From contig JAVHLR010000001.1 in the NCBI GenBank assembly GCA_031082005.1, positions 127,251-191,250 on the forward strand: 64,000 bases of DNA, written 5' to 3'. This DNA comes from Patescibacteria group bacterium. Its GTDB lineage: Bacteria > Patescibacteriota > Patescibacteriia > 2-12-FULL-60-25. Positions within the stretch are counted from its first letter, which is position 1, and every line of letters begins with the position of its first letter. Shown piece after piece: positions 47,613 to 57,115 of this stretch. The notes beneath the pieces were generated by a model. The model did no database searches and had not been told where the DNA came from. It was given only the letters and a program-made list of their open reading frames with translations. The position numbers and the translations under genes are program-made.

Positions 47613-49291
47613 ACGGCGCCCTTAACGCAGACAGATTGAAGAAGCTGTTGTTGGACGGCAAGTTTTTGAGTTCCAAGCAATTGACCGAAGCTGCCCTTAA
47701 GTCCGAGAACGAAAAGATCCCCCTGGATGAGGCGATCGTGGATCTGGGCTATCTTTCCGACACCGAGCTGGGCAAGCTCGTCGCTTCTGAACTCGGTCTC
47801 CTTTTTTTTGACGTGACGGAAAAGATCGAATCTGACGCTTTGGGCCTACTGCCGGAAAGGGTGGCCAGAGGACAGCAGACCGTTGTCTATCGGATCAATG
47901 ATGAGGGCTTGTGGTTGGCATCGAATCAGGTGGGCAACTATGAATTCTTTAAGTTGGTGGAAAAGCGCTACAAACAGCCTATCCACTTGGCTTATGCCAC
48001 GCGTTTCGGCATAAAGCAGGCGCTTGATGGTTATCAGAAGGATCCTATCATCCAGATTCGTGAGCTGCTGAAGCGCATGGAGCGCAACCAGTTGGACGAA
48101 GATGTCACGCAGCTGGTGCAGCTGTTGCTGACTTCGGCTTTCGACAATCACGCTTCCGATATCCATATCGAGCCGGAAGATGACAATGTCGTCGTCCGCT
48201 TTCGGATCGATGGCAACATGCGCGAGATGGTCCGCTACCCTGTCGAGCTCCACGAGAAGGTCGTATTTCGTATTAAGATTTTGGCTCGTCTGCGCACTGA
48301 CGAACACGCGCAAGCTCAAGACGGACGCTTCGAGATAAAGCTGCATGGCGTCGATCTGAATTTGCGCGTTTCTGTGTTGCCGATCACGCACGGCGAGAAT
48401 GTGGTGATGCGTCTTCTGACGGAGCGCTTCCAGCGTCTGCGCCTTGAGGATCTCGGGTTGCAGCCGGATGACATGGACAAGATCATCCATGCGGCCGAAA
48501 TGCCGTACGGTATGATCGTCGCTGCGGGACCGACCGGTTCCGGCAAGACTACGACGCTTTACGCCATCATTAATATCTTGAACAAACCGGACGTGAATCT
48601 GATGACGATCGAGGATCCGGTCGAATACAACATCAAGGGGATCCGCCAGATACAGGTCAACCCACGCACCAACCTGACCTTTGAAGCCGGCCTGAAGTCT
48701 ATCGTGCGCCAGGACCCAGACATCATCATGGTCGGCGAAATACGCGACCCCAAGACGGCGGACATCGCAGTCAACGCCGCCCTGACCGGACATCTTCTCC
48801 TGACCTCGTTGCATGCCAACGATGCCGCAGCCAGTTTGCCGCGTATCTTCGAGATGGATGTGGAGCCCTTCCTTATCGCTTCATCCGTCAACGTGGTATT
48901 GGCGCAGCGCCTCGTCAGACGCGTCTGTACGCACTGTATCGAGAGCTATGCCTTGTCGGACGAAGAAAAAGAGGCGATCGAGCGCGACGAGGGCATGGTC
49001 AAACTCGTCAAAGACGAGAGCGGCCAGAAGAATCTGTCGAAGGTCCGCGTTTATCGTGGCGCCGGATGTACTTATTGCTCGCACAGCGGTTTCTCCGGTC
49101 GCATCGGCATCTATGAGATACTTGAGGTGACCGAGTCGCTGCGCCCCCTCATCGTGGAAAAAGCTTCATCCGATGTATTCCGCCAAGCCGCCATAAAAGA
49201 GGGCATGCGCACCATGCTGCACGATGGGATGCAGAAGGTCTTCCAGGGGATGACGACTTTAGGCGAGGTGATCCGCGCGACCAAACTATAA
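47609..49291 (+). CDS. pilB: type IV pilus assembly ATPase (GspE/PilB family)
   Basis: N-terminal T2SSE_N-like domain, Walker A GPTGSGKTTT, Asp/His boxes, and a tetracysteine motif CTHC...CTYC. Confidence 0.9.
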   Translation: MNGALNADRLKKLLLDGKFLSSKQLTEAALKSENEKIPLDEAIVDLGYLSDTELGKLVASELGLLFFDVTEKIESDALGLLPERVARGQQTVVYRINDEGLWLASNQVGNYEFFKLVEKRYKQPIHLAYATRFGIKQALDGYQKDPIIQIRELLKRMERNQLDEDVTQLVQLLLTSAFDNHASDIHIEPEDDNVVVRFRIDGNMREMVRYPVELHEKVVFRIKILARLRTDEHAQAQDGRFEIKLHGVDLNLRVSVLPITHGENVVMRLLTERFQRLRLEDLGLQPDDMDKIIHAAEMPYGMIVAAGPTGSGKTTTLYAIINILNKPDVNLMTIEDPVEYNIKGIRQIQVNPRTNLTFEAGLKSIVRQDPDIIMVGEIRDPKTADIAVNAALTGHLLLTSLHANDAAASLPRIFEMDVEPFLIASSVNVVLAQRLVRRVCTHCIESYALSDEEKEAIERDEGMVKLVKDESGQKNLSKVRVYRGAGCTYCSHSGFSGRIGIYEILEVTESLRPLIVEKASSDVFRQAAIKEGMRTMLHDGMQKVFQGMTTLGEVIRATKL

Positions 49292-49295
49292 ATTT

Positions 49296-50369
49296 ATGCA
49301 AGTCATCGTACCTTTCGCCAAAAGAATTTTCGCCGGAGAGATGGTCGATTTTTTCAAGAACCTCTCCCTCATGGTGAAGAGCGGTATCCCCATAGACGAG
49401 GCTCTCCAGATCCTACTGCTCCAGACGCGCAGCTCGACTTTCAAGAGTTTCCTCAAGGCTGTCTCGAAGCAGGTGAAACAGGGCAGTAGTCTGTCTAAGG
49501 CATTCTTGCCTTATCGCAGATACTTGTCCGACCTCGTCATCAATATCGTAAAGGCGGGCGAGATCAACGGCACGTTGGAGGGGAACATGCACTATATCGC
49601 GGATATCCTGACGCGCCGCCGTGAACTTAAGCAGCGCTTGAGCAACGCCCTGCTCTATCCCGAGATCGTACTCGTCATGGCCTTCATGGTCGGCGGCGGC
49701 ATTTCGGTCATGATCCTGCCAAAGCTGATCCCTCTTTTCCGGGCCCTGAACGTCGATCTGCCCTTGGCTAGCCGCATCCTGCTCGGCGTTTCCGTGTTCC
49801 TCCAGCAGTACGGTCTGCAGCTGTTGCCTGTCGCGATTTTCGTCGTCATCCTGCTCACCGTCCTGTCGAAGATCTATTTTTTCCGCTGGTTGATAGATAC
49901 GGTCTCTTTGCGCTTGCCGTTTTTCGGCCGTCTGGTGAAGAACTATCAACTCGCTCTGTTCTGCCAATTGTTCGGCACTCTTTTCAAGAGCGGTTTGCCC
50001 ATCAAGGATGCCATGGTGGCCACATCAGAGGCCATGACCAACGTCCGCTACCGGAATATCCTGACCAAGGCCACGAGCCGCGTCACATCCGGCACCCCTC
50101 TCTCGGCCACGCTCAAGAGATACACGTTCTATTTCCCGCAGAACATGATCTCGATCATCGCCGTCGGCGAAACCAGCGGACGTCTGGAGGAATCGTTCGG
50201 ATATCTCGCGACCTATTACGAGAATGAAGTCGATGTGCAGACCAAACGGTTGCCGACGCTTATCGAGCCGTTGTTGCTGCTCGTCATCGGACTGATCGTA
50301 GCCTTCGTCGCCGCAGCCATCATCTCACCGATTTATGAAATCACGAGCGGCATCAAGGCCGGCCGTTGA
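49296..50369 (+). CDS. pilC: type IV pilus platform protein (GspF/PilC family)
   Basis: Duplicated T2SSF-type domain with 3 TM segments, immediately after pilB. Confidence 0.85.
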   Translation: MQVIVPFAKRIFAGEMVDFFKNLSLMVKSGIPIDEALQILLLQTRSSTFKSFLKAVSKQVKQGSSLSKAFLPYRRYLSDLVINIVKAGEINGTLEGNMHYIADILTRRRELKQRLSNALLYPEIVLVMAFMVGGGISVMILPKLIPLFRALNVDLPLASRILLGVSVFLQQYGLQLLPVAIFVVILLTVLSKIYFFRWLIDTVSLRLPFFGRLVKNYQLALFCQLFGTLFKSGLPIKDAMVATSEAMTNVRYRNILTKATSRVTSGTPLSATLKRYTFYFPQNMISIIAVGETSGRLEESFGYLATYYENEVDVQTKRLPTLIEPLLLLVIGLIVAFVAAAIISPIYEITSGIKAGR

Positions 50370-50802
50370 ACGCGGCTTCACCTTGCTGGAGCTGCTGCTC
50401 ACGATCGCTATCGGAGTGGCCATTTTTTCGCTGACCGTCCCTACCATGATCCGTTTCTACCGCAGCCAGATAGTCGATGATACCGCGAAGAACATGGTCG
50501 ATTCATTGCGTCGCGCGCATCAATACTCGATTGCTCAAGTGGATGGCCAATCCTACGGGGTCAAACTGCTTCCTTTGTCTAATTCATACGTTCTGTTCCA
50601 AGGCAGCTCCTATGCCCTGCGTAACACCGTCGAGGACGAGATCGAATCATATCCTTCCATCGTGACGATAGACGCTACTTCGACGGAAGTCGTTTTTTCC
50701 CGTCTGCACGGCACATCGACGGTTTCCGGTACCTGGACTCTGTCTGGCGGCTTGACGCGCAGCATCATCATCAGTCCGCAAGGCACGATAGATCTGCAAT
50801 GA
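50335..50802 (+). CDS. prepilin-type N-terminal cleavage/methylation domain protein (minor pilin, GspH/FimT-like)
   Basis: Leader ...VERG|FTLLELLLTIAIG. Overlaps pilC by 35 nt. Confidence 0.7.
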   Translation: MKSRAASRPAVERGFTLLELLLTIAIGVAIFSLTVPTMIRFYRSQIVDDTAKNMVDSLRRAHQYSIAQVDGQSYGVKLLPLSNSYVLFQGSSYALRNTVEDEIESYPSIVTIDATSTEVVFSRLHGTSTVSGTWTLSGGLTRSIIISPQGTIDLQ

Positions 50803-50815
50803 CCGTTTGCTTATT

Positions 50816-52234
50816 ATGACGAAACATTCCGGACAAAGCTTACTCGAAGTCCTCCTGGCGATCGCGATTTTTGTCTTGGGTTTCGTCACCCTTTCGTCGA
50901 TTTTCATCGATTCCGGGGTCACGAACCGCGTCAGCATCGAAAGATCCAGGGCGAACCGTTTTGCCCTGGAGGGGCTTGAGGCTGCACGTGCTATCCGCGA
51001 CCGTTCATTCAGCGAACTCACCTTGGGCACCAAAGGCTTGGACGCATCCAGTGGCCAGTGGGTCTTTTCCGGCACGAGCGATACCCAAAACGGGTTTACG
51101 CGTTCCATCGAGATAGGTTCACTCGGTACGAACTATCGCTTCGTCACCTCGACCGTCAGCTGGATCGCCTCGAACGGACAGCAGTCTGCTTCTACATTCG
51201 TAAGCATACTTTCAAACTGGCAGGCGCAAACGGGAGGTGGCAGTTGGCAGAATCCTGTCGTCGCCGCGACCACGACCCTGCCTGGCAATATCACGGCGTT
51301 GTCTGTCGAGGTCTATGACAACCGCTTATACGTGACCACTCCGGTGAATGCGCAGGGCCCTGAATTCTTGATTTACGACATCTCGAACGAGATAAGCCCT
51401 GTTTATCTTGGAGGACTGGAATTAGGCAAAACGATTTTCACCACCTTCGTATCCGGAACGCGCGCCTATTTGGCTGCCGATGATAATCCGGATGAGGTAA
51501 AAATCGTCGACGTCGCGTCATCGACGAACCCGTACGAGATAGGGTCGATCAAACTTAACGGTAATTCCAACGTAAACGGCATCGAATACTACGACGCGAA
51601 CACGATCCATCTGGTCAGAGAGCGCCAAGGTAACCAGCCGACGTATTTCATATACAACGTAGCGAATCCCTTGTCTCCGACCTTGTTGGGCAGCGTCAAT
51701 TTAGGTGGAGGAGGAAAAGATTTATCCCTCGTCAGACCCACGACGCCACCCTTCACCATTTTTGCGACTGATGCTAATTCGCAGGAATTCGCGACCGTCA
51801 ACACCTCGAATCCAGCCAACATGGGAGTCGGCGGCGCAATTAATCTAGGAGGGACAGAAGATGCACTATCCTGCGCTGTATCAGGTACGACAATCGGATT
51901 TTTGGGTTCGGCTGTCCGCTCTACGACCCAGGAGTTCTTCACCATCAACATCACCAACCTGACCACCCCCGCGACGTTGGGCAGCTTCGAGATAAACGCC
52001 AACGTCAATCGCATGGCCAGACATTCGGCGACGCCTAGTCTTGTTTATCTGGCGTCATCCTCGTCGACCAAGGAATTCATTATTTTGAATGTTGCCAACG
52101 TCTTCAGTCCAACGGTTTATGGCGGAGCCAACCTTTCTGCCGCCGCGACTGATGTCGCCGTCGCCACCACCACTGCATACATCACGACCCAGGATCCGAC
52201 GGCTGCGTTGATGATCGTCCAAGGGGGACCCTGA
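50816..52234 (+). CDS. large pilin-like protein with beta-propeller (LVIVD-type) repeats
   Basis: Prepilin-like N-terminus MTKHSG|QSLLEVLLAIAIF. Then repeated units of about 45 aa of the form ...YVTT...EFLIYDISN...P..LG. The ATG at 50816 lies within the TTG-started track ORF. Confidence 0.6.
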   Translation: MTKHSGQSLLEVLLAIAIFVLGFVTLSSIFIDSGVTNRVSIERSRANRFALEGLEAARAIRDRSFSELTLGTKGLDASSGQWVFSGTSDTQNGFTRSIEIGSLGTNYRFVTSTVSWIASNGQQSASTFVSILSNWQAQTGGGSWQNPVVAATTTLPGNITALSVEVYDNRLYVTTPVNAQGPEFLIYDISNEISPVYLGGLELGKTIFTTFVSGTRAYLAADDNPDEVKIVDVASSTNPYEIGSIKLNGNSNVNGIEYYDANTIHLVRERQGNQPTYFIYNVANPLSPTLLGSVNLGGGGKDLSLVRPTTPPFTIFATDANSQEFATVNTSNPANMGVGGAINLGGTEDALSCAVSGTTIGFLGSAVRSTTQEFFTINITNLTTPATLGSFEINANVNRMARHSATPSLVYLASSSSTKEFIILNVANVFSPTVYGGANLSAAATDVAVATTTAYITTQDPTAALMIVQGGP

Positions 52235-52235
52235 T

Positions 52236-52748
52236 ATGCCTAAGAAACAAGAAGCGTTCACTTTACTGGAGTTCATGCTTTATGCGGGCATAGTCGCAGT
52301 TTTGCTGTTCGCGACCACCGAAGTCATCTTGAGCCTATTGGATGGAAAGGCGAAGATAGACGCGATCCAGGAGATAAACCAGAACGAACGCCTGGTCATG
52401 CGCATGATGTCGCAAGCCATCAGAAGCGCGAACAGTGTGACCACGCCAGCGCAAGGCGCAACCAGCAGTATTTTGGTGTTGCAGACTGATTCGACTACCA
52501 CCAGCCCTACGATATTTTCCGTCGTCGACCAAACGCTGCAAGTCAAGGAGGGCAACGCAGCCACCACCACGCTGACTTCGAGCGGCGTCAGGATATCTTC
52601 CCTCGAGTTCCGTAATCTGGCGTCCACAGGCACCCCGGCGAATATCCGCATCAACTTGTCAGTAAGCAGCGAAAATCCGACGAATGATTCTGATTACGAT
52701 GCCAGCGACAGCATCGAGGGTGCAGCATCAGTCAGAAGAAAGCTATGA
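52236..52748 (+). CDS. prepilin-type minor pilin (PilW-like)
   Basis: MPKKQEA|FTLLEFMLYAGIVAVLL. Confidence 0.65.
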   Translation: MPKKQEAFTLLEFMLYAGIVAVLLFATTEVILSLLDGKAKIDAIQEINQNERLVMRMMSQAIRSANSVTTPAQGATSSILVLQTDSTTTSPTIFSVVDQTLQVKEGNAATTTLTSSGVRISSLEFRNLASTGTPANIRINLSVSSENPTNDSDYDASDSIEGAASVRRKL

Positions 52749-53146
52749 CCATCACGAAAGCGAAAGGTTTTATTGCCCTAGTCTCTGTCGCCGTACTCAT
52801 GGCGGTCGGTTTGACCATAACTACGGGTCTGCTGATCCGGGCGGCCGGCGAATCACGTTTGGCCGTCAATGACGACTATCAGATCCGTTCACAAGCCGCA
52901 ACGACAGCCTGTGCCGAATGGGCGCTCATGAGCCTGAAATCTTCCTTGACTTACGCGGGCAACGAGACGCTCAAGGTGGGCGACGATATGTGCAGTATTT
53001 TAGCCGTCGGCGGCGTCGGAAACCTGAACCGCACCCTCGATGCGACAAGCACGGTTTCGGGTGCCCACAGCCGGTTGCGTCTGGAGATTTATTCTGTTAA
53101 TCCTTATCTGACTGTCTCGTCTTGGAAGGACGTGGTATCTTTTTGA
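52745..53146 (+). CDS. minor pilin-like protein (PilX-like)
   Basis: N-terminal hydrophobic helix KGFIALVSVAVLMAVGL. 4-nt overlap with the preceding gene. Confidence 0.5.
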   Translation: MTITKAKGFIALVSVAVLMAVGLTITTGLLIRAAGESRLAVNDDYQIRSQAATTACAEWALMSLKSSLTYAGNETLKVGDDMCSILAVGGVGNLNRTLDATSTVSGAHSRLRLEIYSVNPYLTVSSWKDVVSF

Positions 53147-54199
53147 ATGTCTATGTGGCCATTTATTTCTCGTCCCAAAGCTTTTGCTATAGATTTTTCG
53201 GATGCTGCCTTACGCGTGCTTGAGGTCCGGGGTACATCACGTCCTCTGAAGATAAACACGTCGCTCAAGATCGGCATACCGGAAGGTCTGATCGAGGATG
53301 GGTTGATCAACGACCAGAAGGCCCTGGCTGATATCCTGGTGGAGAAACTGCATACAGCCCAACCGCGTCCGCCAAGTACCAAGAAAGTAGCGGCAGAACT
53401 GCCTGAATCGCAGATTTTTTTGCACCATTTTCAGCTTCCGAAGGAATTGAGCGGCGAGGACTTGGAGACCGCGCTTATCCAACAGGTCAACCAGACGATG
53501 CCTATCGAGCTGGAGAACATGGCCTGGGATTTTCAGCTGCTCCGGTCTTCGGATGAGGGGCACAACGTCCTGTTCGCCGCCGCACCCGCCGAAATCGTCG
53601 AAGCTTACGAACATACTTTAGCCTTGGCCGGTCTGGAGCTTGTCTCATTAGAACCAGAATCCCTGGCGCTCATCCGTTCCGTGATTGACGCGAAAACATC
53701 TTCACCCGAAGAGATGGTCCTGCTCATCGACATGGGAGGCAGAAGTACCTCGATGATCTTCGTGGTCAACGGGGAGATCCATCTCTCCGTCAGCCGTTCT
53801 GAAGGCGGCAACCTATTGACCGAGCGGATCGCCCAAAAACTCGATTTGACCAAAGCAAAGGCAGAAGACCTCAAGCTTTCCCAAGGCCTGAAAGACAATA
53901 GGTTGCACCCCATCGTCGCAGAAGTATTCCAGCCGATAAAAGATGAGATAGCGCAGGCCTCGTCATACCTGCAGGCCTCGATGGGTAAAAAACCGTCAAA
54001 AGTGTTGTTGGCTGGAGGAACTGCACAGCTGGAAGGGATTGATGCCCTGTTGCAGGAGATCCTGGGATTGCCGGTTGGCTTAGCCGAACCTCCGCTGACG
54101 ATCGGCGGCCAGAAGTCGTTGGAATGGTGCGCCGTATCAGGGGTCGCATTGCGTGCCTCCACGAACTTGCGGGGGATAAACTTCATTGAAGCCGCATAG
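53147..54199 (+). CDS. pilM: type IV pilus assembly protein PilM (actin-like ATPase fold)
   Basis: AIDFSDAALRVLEV, LIDMGGRSTSMIFV and LLAGGTAQLEGI phosphate/adenosine motifs. Confidence 0.75.
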   Translation: MSMWPFISRPKAFAIDFSDAALRVLEVRGTSRPLKINTSLKIGIPEGLIEDGLINDQKALADILVEKLHTAQPRPPSTKKVAAELPESQIFLHHFQLPKELSGEDLETALIQQVNQTMPIELENMAWDFQLLRSSDEGHNVLFAAAPAEIVEAYEHTLALAGLELVSLEPESLALIRSVIDAKTSSPEEMVLLIDMGGRSTSMIFVVNGEIHLSVSRSEGGNLLTERIAQKLDLTKAKAEDLKLSQGLKDNRLHPIVAEVFQPIKDEIAQASSYLQASMGKKPSKVLLAGGTAQLEGIDALLQEILGLPVGLAEPPLTIGGQKSLEWCAVSGVALRASTNLRGINFIEAA

Positions 54200-54206
54200 C
54201 CGCGTG

Positions 54207-54215
54207 TGCTATAAT
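54207..54215 (+). promoter_or_regulatory. extended -10 promoter element (TGcTATAAT) in front of pilA
   Basis: tgctataat lies within the pilM 3' end / intergenic region, 28 nt before the pilA ATG. Confidence 0.45.
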
Positions 54216-54242
54216 GGCGTCATCATTATCTTTGAAACAAAT

Positions 54243-54704
54243 ATGAATCGAACAAACATCGTCCGCAAGGCCAAAGGCTTTACTCTTATTGAGGTGCTGT
54301 TAGTCATCGCGATCATAGCCATTTTGGCTTCCATCGTGATCATCGCCATTAACCCGGCTCGTCAGATCGCCCAGGCCAACAATGCCCAGCGTCGCAGCAA
54401 CGTAAATACGATCCTGAATGCGGTCCATCAATACGCCATCGACCATCGCGGAGCGCTCCCGACAACCGTCAGCACAACTGCGAGTTTCGTCTGCCAGACC
54501 GGTGCAGCTGTAACTACTACTTGTACCGATTTGAGCGTTTTGACCAACGACCAACTTTACATCGCCAGCTTGCCCATAGATCCTTCCACCACATCTACCG
54601 TTGATACGGGCTATAGGATCTCCAAGAGTACGAGCACGAATGCGCGCATCACGGTCACAGCGCCATACGCGGAACTCGAAGAGACGATTTCGGTCCTGCG
54701 CTAA
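54243..54704 (+). CDS. pilA: type IV major pilin
   Basis: Leader MNRTNIVRKAKG|FTLIEVLLVIAIIAILASIVIIAI. It has its own promoter and a strong terminator. The Met at 54243 lies within track ORF 54186..54704. Confidence 0.85.
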   Translation: MNRTNIVRKAKGFTLIEVLLVIAIIAILASIVIIAINPARQIAQANNAQRRSNVNTILNAVHQYAIDHRGALPTTVSTTASFVCQTGAAVTTTCTDLSVLTNDQLYIASLPIDPSTTSTVDTGYRISKSTSTNARITVTAPYAELEETISVLR

Positions 54705-54720
54705 AAAATTTGCACATAAA

Positions 54721-54755
54721 ACATAAAAATCCCCAAACGGGGATTTTTATGTTTG
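54721..54755 (+). terminator. intrinsic terminator after pilA
   Basis: 13-bp stem cataaaaatcccc/ggggatttttatg with loop aaac, followed by ttt. Confidence 0.7.
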
Positions 54756-54794
54756 GACTTTGCTTTCACGGATTTATGAGGTTAAGATAGCGCC

Positions 54795-56039
54795 ATGCGC
54801 ATCATCGCTGATCTCCATCTTCATTCTAAGTGGTCCAGAGCGTGCTCCCAGGATCTGGCTTTGCCGAACATCGCCAAAGCTTGCGAACGGAAAGGGATCG
54901 ATTTGGTCGGTACGGCTGACGCTTTGCACCCAAAATGGTCCTCCGATATCAAAGAGCTGCTCGTCGAATCCGGAACAGGAGTTTTTTCATTGAAAGACGG
55001 CTCTTCTCCGACGCGTTTCCTGCTGACGGTCGAGGTTTCCAGTATCTATAAACGCGGCGGAAAAGTGCGTCGCGTCCATCATGTCCTGCTCTTCCCAGGA
55101 TTGGAGGCTTTGGATGCGTTCTCCCGTAAACTTTCGGATAGGGGAGTGAATTTGAAGAGCGACGGTCGTCCCATCATGGGGTTGGATTCCGAGGAACTGT
55201 TGAAGTTGTTGTTGGACGCGGATGAAAATTGCTTGTTGATTCCGGCACACGCTTGGACGCCTTGGTTTTCCATCTTCGGATCTAAGTCAGGCTTCGACAG
55301 CATTGAAGAATGTTTCGGTGATATGTCGAAATACATCTACGCCATCGAAACTGGGTTGTCATCCGACCCCTTGATGAACTGGAGGCTCTCCGCCTTGGAT
55401 CATGTTTTCCTCGTTTCGAATTCCGACGCGCATTCCTGCGCCAACCTGGGTCGTGAAGCGAATGTGTTCGATATGGAGCGAGTCGATTATCCGGAACTAT
55501 GGCGGATCATAGTCGAACACGATACCGCTCGTTTCATCGAGACGTTGGAATTTTTTCCTGAAGAAGGCAAATATCATGCCGACGGCCATCGCGATTGTAG
55601 CTTCTGGTGTTTACCCGAAGAGACGAAGAAGAATCACGGCATTTGTCCCAAGTGCGGTAAACCTCTGACTATCGGTGTGTTGAACCGTGTAGCTGAATTG
55701 GCTGACCGCCCGCCTGATCCGGTGAGGCCCTCTGGATCAGCGCCTTTCCGTTCGATCGTCCCACTCGCCGAGGTAGTCGCTGGTTCTTTGGGTGTCTCGA
55801 AAGCATCGAAGAAAGTCGTCTTGGCCCTGGAGAATCTCTTGTCGTCCGGTCGCACAGAATTCGGCATTTTACTTGATTATCCCGAGGAAAGCCTCGTATC
55901 TTTTGCCTCGCCTGAACTGGTTTCCGCCATCATGAGTATGCGCCAGGGAAAAGTCGAGATACGCCCTGGCTATGATGGGGAATTCGGTCTGGTCAACGTC
56001 ATGAGCGGCAAGCAGAGAGTCCAAGCGAACTTGCTCTGA
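54795..56039 (+). CDS. PHP-domain endonuclease Q-like protein (TIGR00375-type)
   Basis: N-terminus MRIIADLHLHSKWSRA...GIDLVGTADALHP, later PAHAWTPW and NSDAHS metal motifs, and zinc finger CPKCGKPLTIGV. 414 aa. Confidence 0.6.
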   Translation: MRIIADLHLHSKWSRACSQDLALPNIAKACERKGIDLVGTADALHPKWSSDIKELLVESGTGVFSLKDGSSPTRFLLTVEVSSIYKRGGKVRRVHHVLLFPGLEALDAFSRKLSDRGVNLKSDGRPIMGLDSEELLKLLLDADENCLLIPAHAWTPWFSIFGSKSGFDSIEECFGDMSKYIYAIETGLSSDPLMNWRLSALDHVFLVSNSDAHSCANLGREANVFDMERVDYPELWRIIVEHDTARFIETLEFFPEEGKYHADGHRDCSFWCLPEETKKNHGICPKCGKPLTIGVLNRVAELADRPPDPVRPSGSAPFRSIVPLAEVVAGSLGVSKASKKVVLALENLLSSGRTEFGILLDYPEESLVSFASPELVSAIMSMRQGKVEIRPGYDGEFGLVNVMSGKQRVQANLL

Positions 56040-56060
56040 TACGAATATTCAGGTCGAAAC

Positions 56061-56095
56061 AAAAACACCCCCAGAATTCTCAGGGGATGTTTTTC
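56061..56095. terminator. bidirectional terminator between convergent genes
   Basis: aaaaacaccccc...aggggatgttttt. Confidence 0.45.
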
Positions 56096-56111
56096 CTCCT
56101 TTCGAAGAAAA

Positions 56112-56201
56112 CTATTTCTTCTTTTTGGTGGCTTTCTTTTTGGTCTTCTTTGCGGCCTTCTTCTTAGGAGCGGCCTTCTTGGCTTTCTTCTTCGCTGGCA
56201 T
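56112..56201 (-). CDS. 29-aa Lys/Ala-rich basic peptide
   Basis: Hand-translated MPAKKKAKKAAPKKKAAKKTKKKATKKKK. A strong AAGGAGG SD lies 8-9 nt upstream (56211-56217 region). It is below the track cut-off. Confidence 0.5.
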   Translation of the reverse strand: MPAKKKAKKAAPKKKAAKKTKKKATKKKK

Positions 56202-56395
56202 GGTTATCGACCTCCTTTCTATGTTAGGTTTTCGTCTCGGATTTTTCCTGGACGATGTCGCTTATTACGCTACGGCGCGCAAACTACGAACATGACATAA
56301 GTATAACATATTTTTTCAGTGTCAAGTAGATTTTATTTCTTTGTCAAGAGCTGATGCATGATGCGGAAATAAAATATCTCCATTGACGTATGGAA

Positions 56396-57115
56396 TCAAT
56401 CCTTGAATTTCATGGTGGAGAGTATCTCCAGCGCAGGAATTTTCTGCTTCGGGATTTCTTTCATCCAGACAAGGAATTTTTTTTCTCCCAAGAATGAGAT
56501 GGAATAGACGTGCAGCGTATTCCTCGTATCATTTTTTGCGACGCCGGATGTGCCGGTGACCAGGTGGCCCTTGAGGTTATATGAAACGGTATTGGAGGCC
56601 TGTAAAGTAGCCAACAGCTCCGTTTCCAGCCTGAAATCATATGGGTAAACCGCGATGCTTCTGCGATCAGTCGCGCTTATTTCGGCGGGGTTCGGCGTCC
56701 CCTGGGACAAGATCAAAGCGGTGCCGTCGTTGGAGTCTAAGGAAAAGCCGGTTGGATAACGGATGCTGATCCCCAAGTCGGTGTTGAGGGCTTCTTGCCA
56801 GCCTTTCGTCATCGCCGAAGACGGTTCATCCAACACGACGGAGGATGCAAGTTGGAGCCGTTCGTCTTCCATGAGCTTTATGAGCTCTTGCGCTTTAGTG
56901 ACCTCTTCATTCGCCGCACGAAGTTTGAGGCTCGCTTCATCCATCGATTTTTTCGTTTCTTCCTGTGTCTGTTCGAATTGTTTCTTCGCTTCAAGCGCGC
57001 TTGCCTCTAAACGCCGTCTGTCGTCGTTGGATTTTTTCAGGAAGATGCCGAGGCTGATACCGGCGGCTAATGCGCCGATGAGGATTGAAAGTATGACTGA
57101 TGAATATCGTCTCAT
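56396..57115 (-). CDS. membrane-anchored hypothetical protein with coiled-coil segment
   Basis: N-terminal TM helix (VILSILIGALAAGISLGIFL), then a helical region and a beta-rich domain. Confidence 0.45.
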   Translation of the reverse strand: MRRYSSVILSILIGALAAGISLGIFLKKSNDDRRRLEASALEAKKQFEQTQEETKKSMDEASLKLRAANEEVTKAQELIKLMEDERLQLASSVVLDEPSSAMTKGWQEALNTDLGISIRYPTGFSLDSNDGTALILSQGTPNPAEISATDRRSIAVYPYDFRLETELLATLQASNTVSYNLKGHLVTGTSGVAKNDTRNTLHVYSISFLGEKKFLVWMKEIPKQKIPALEILSTMKFKD

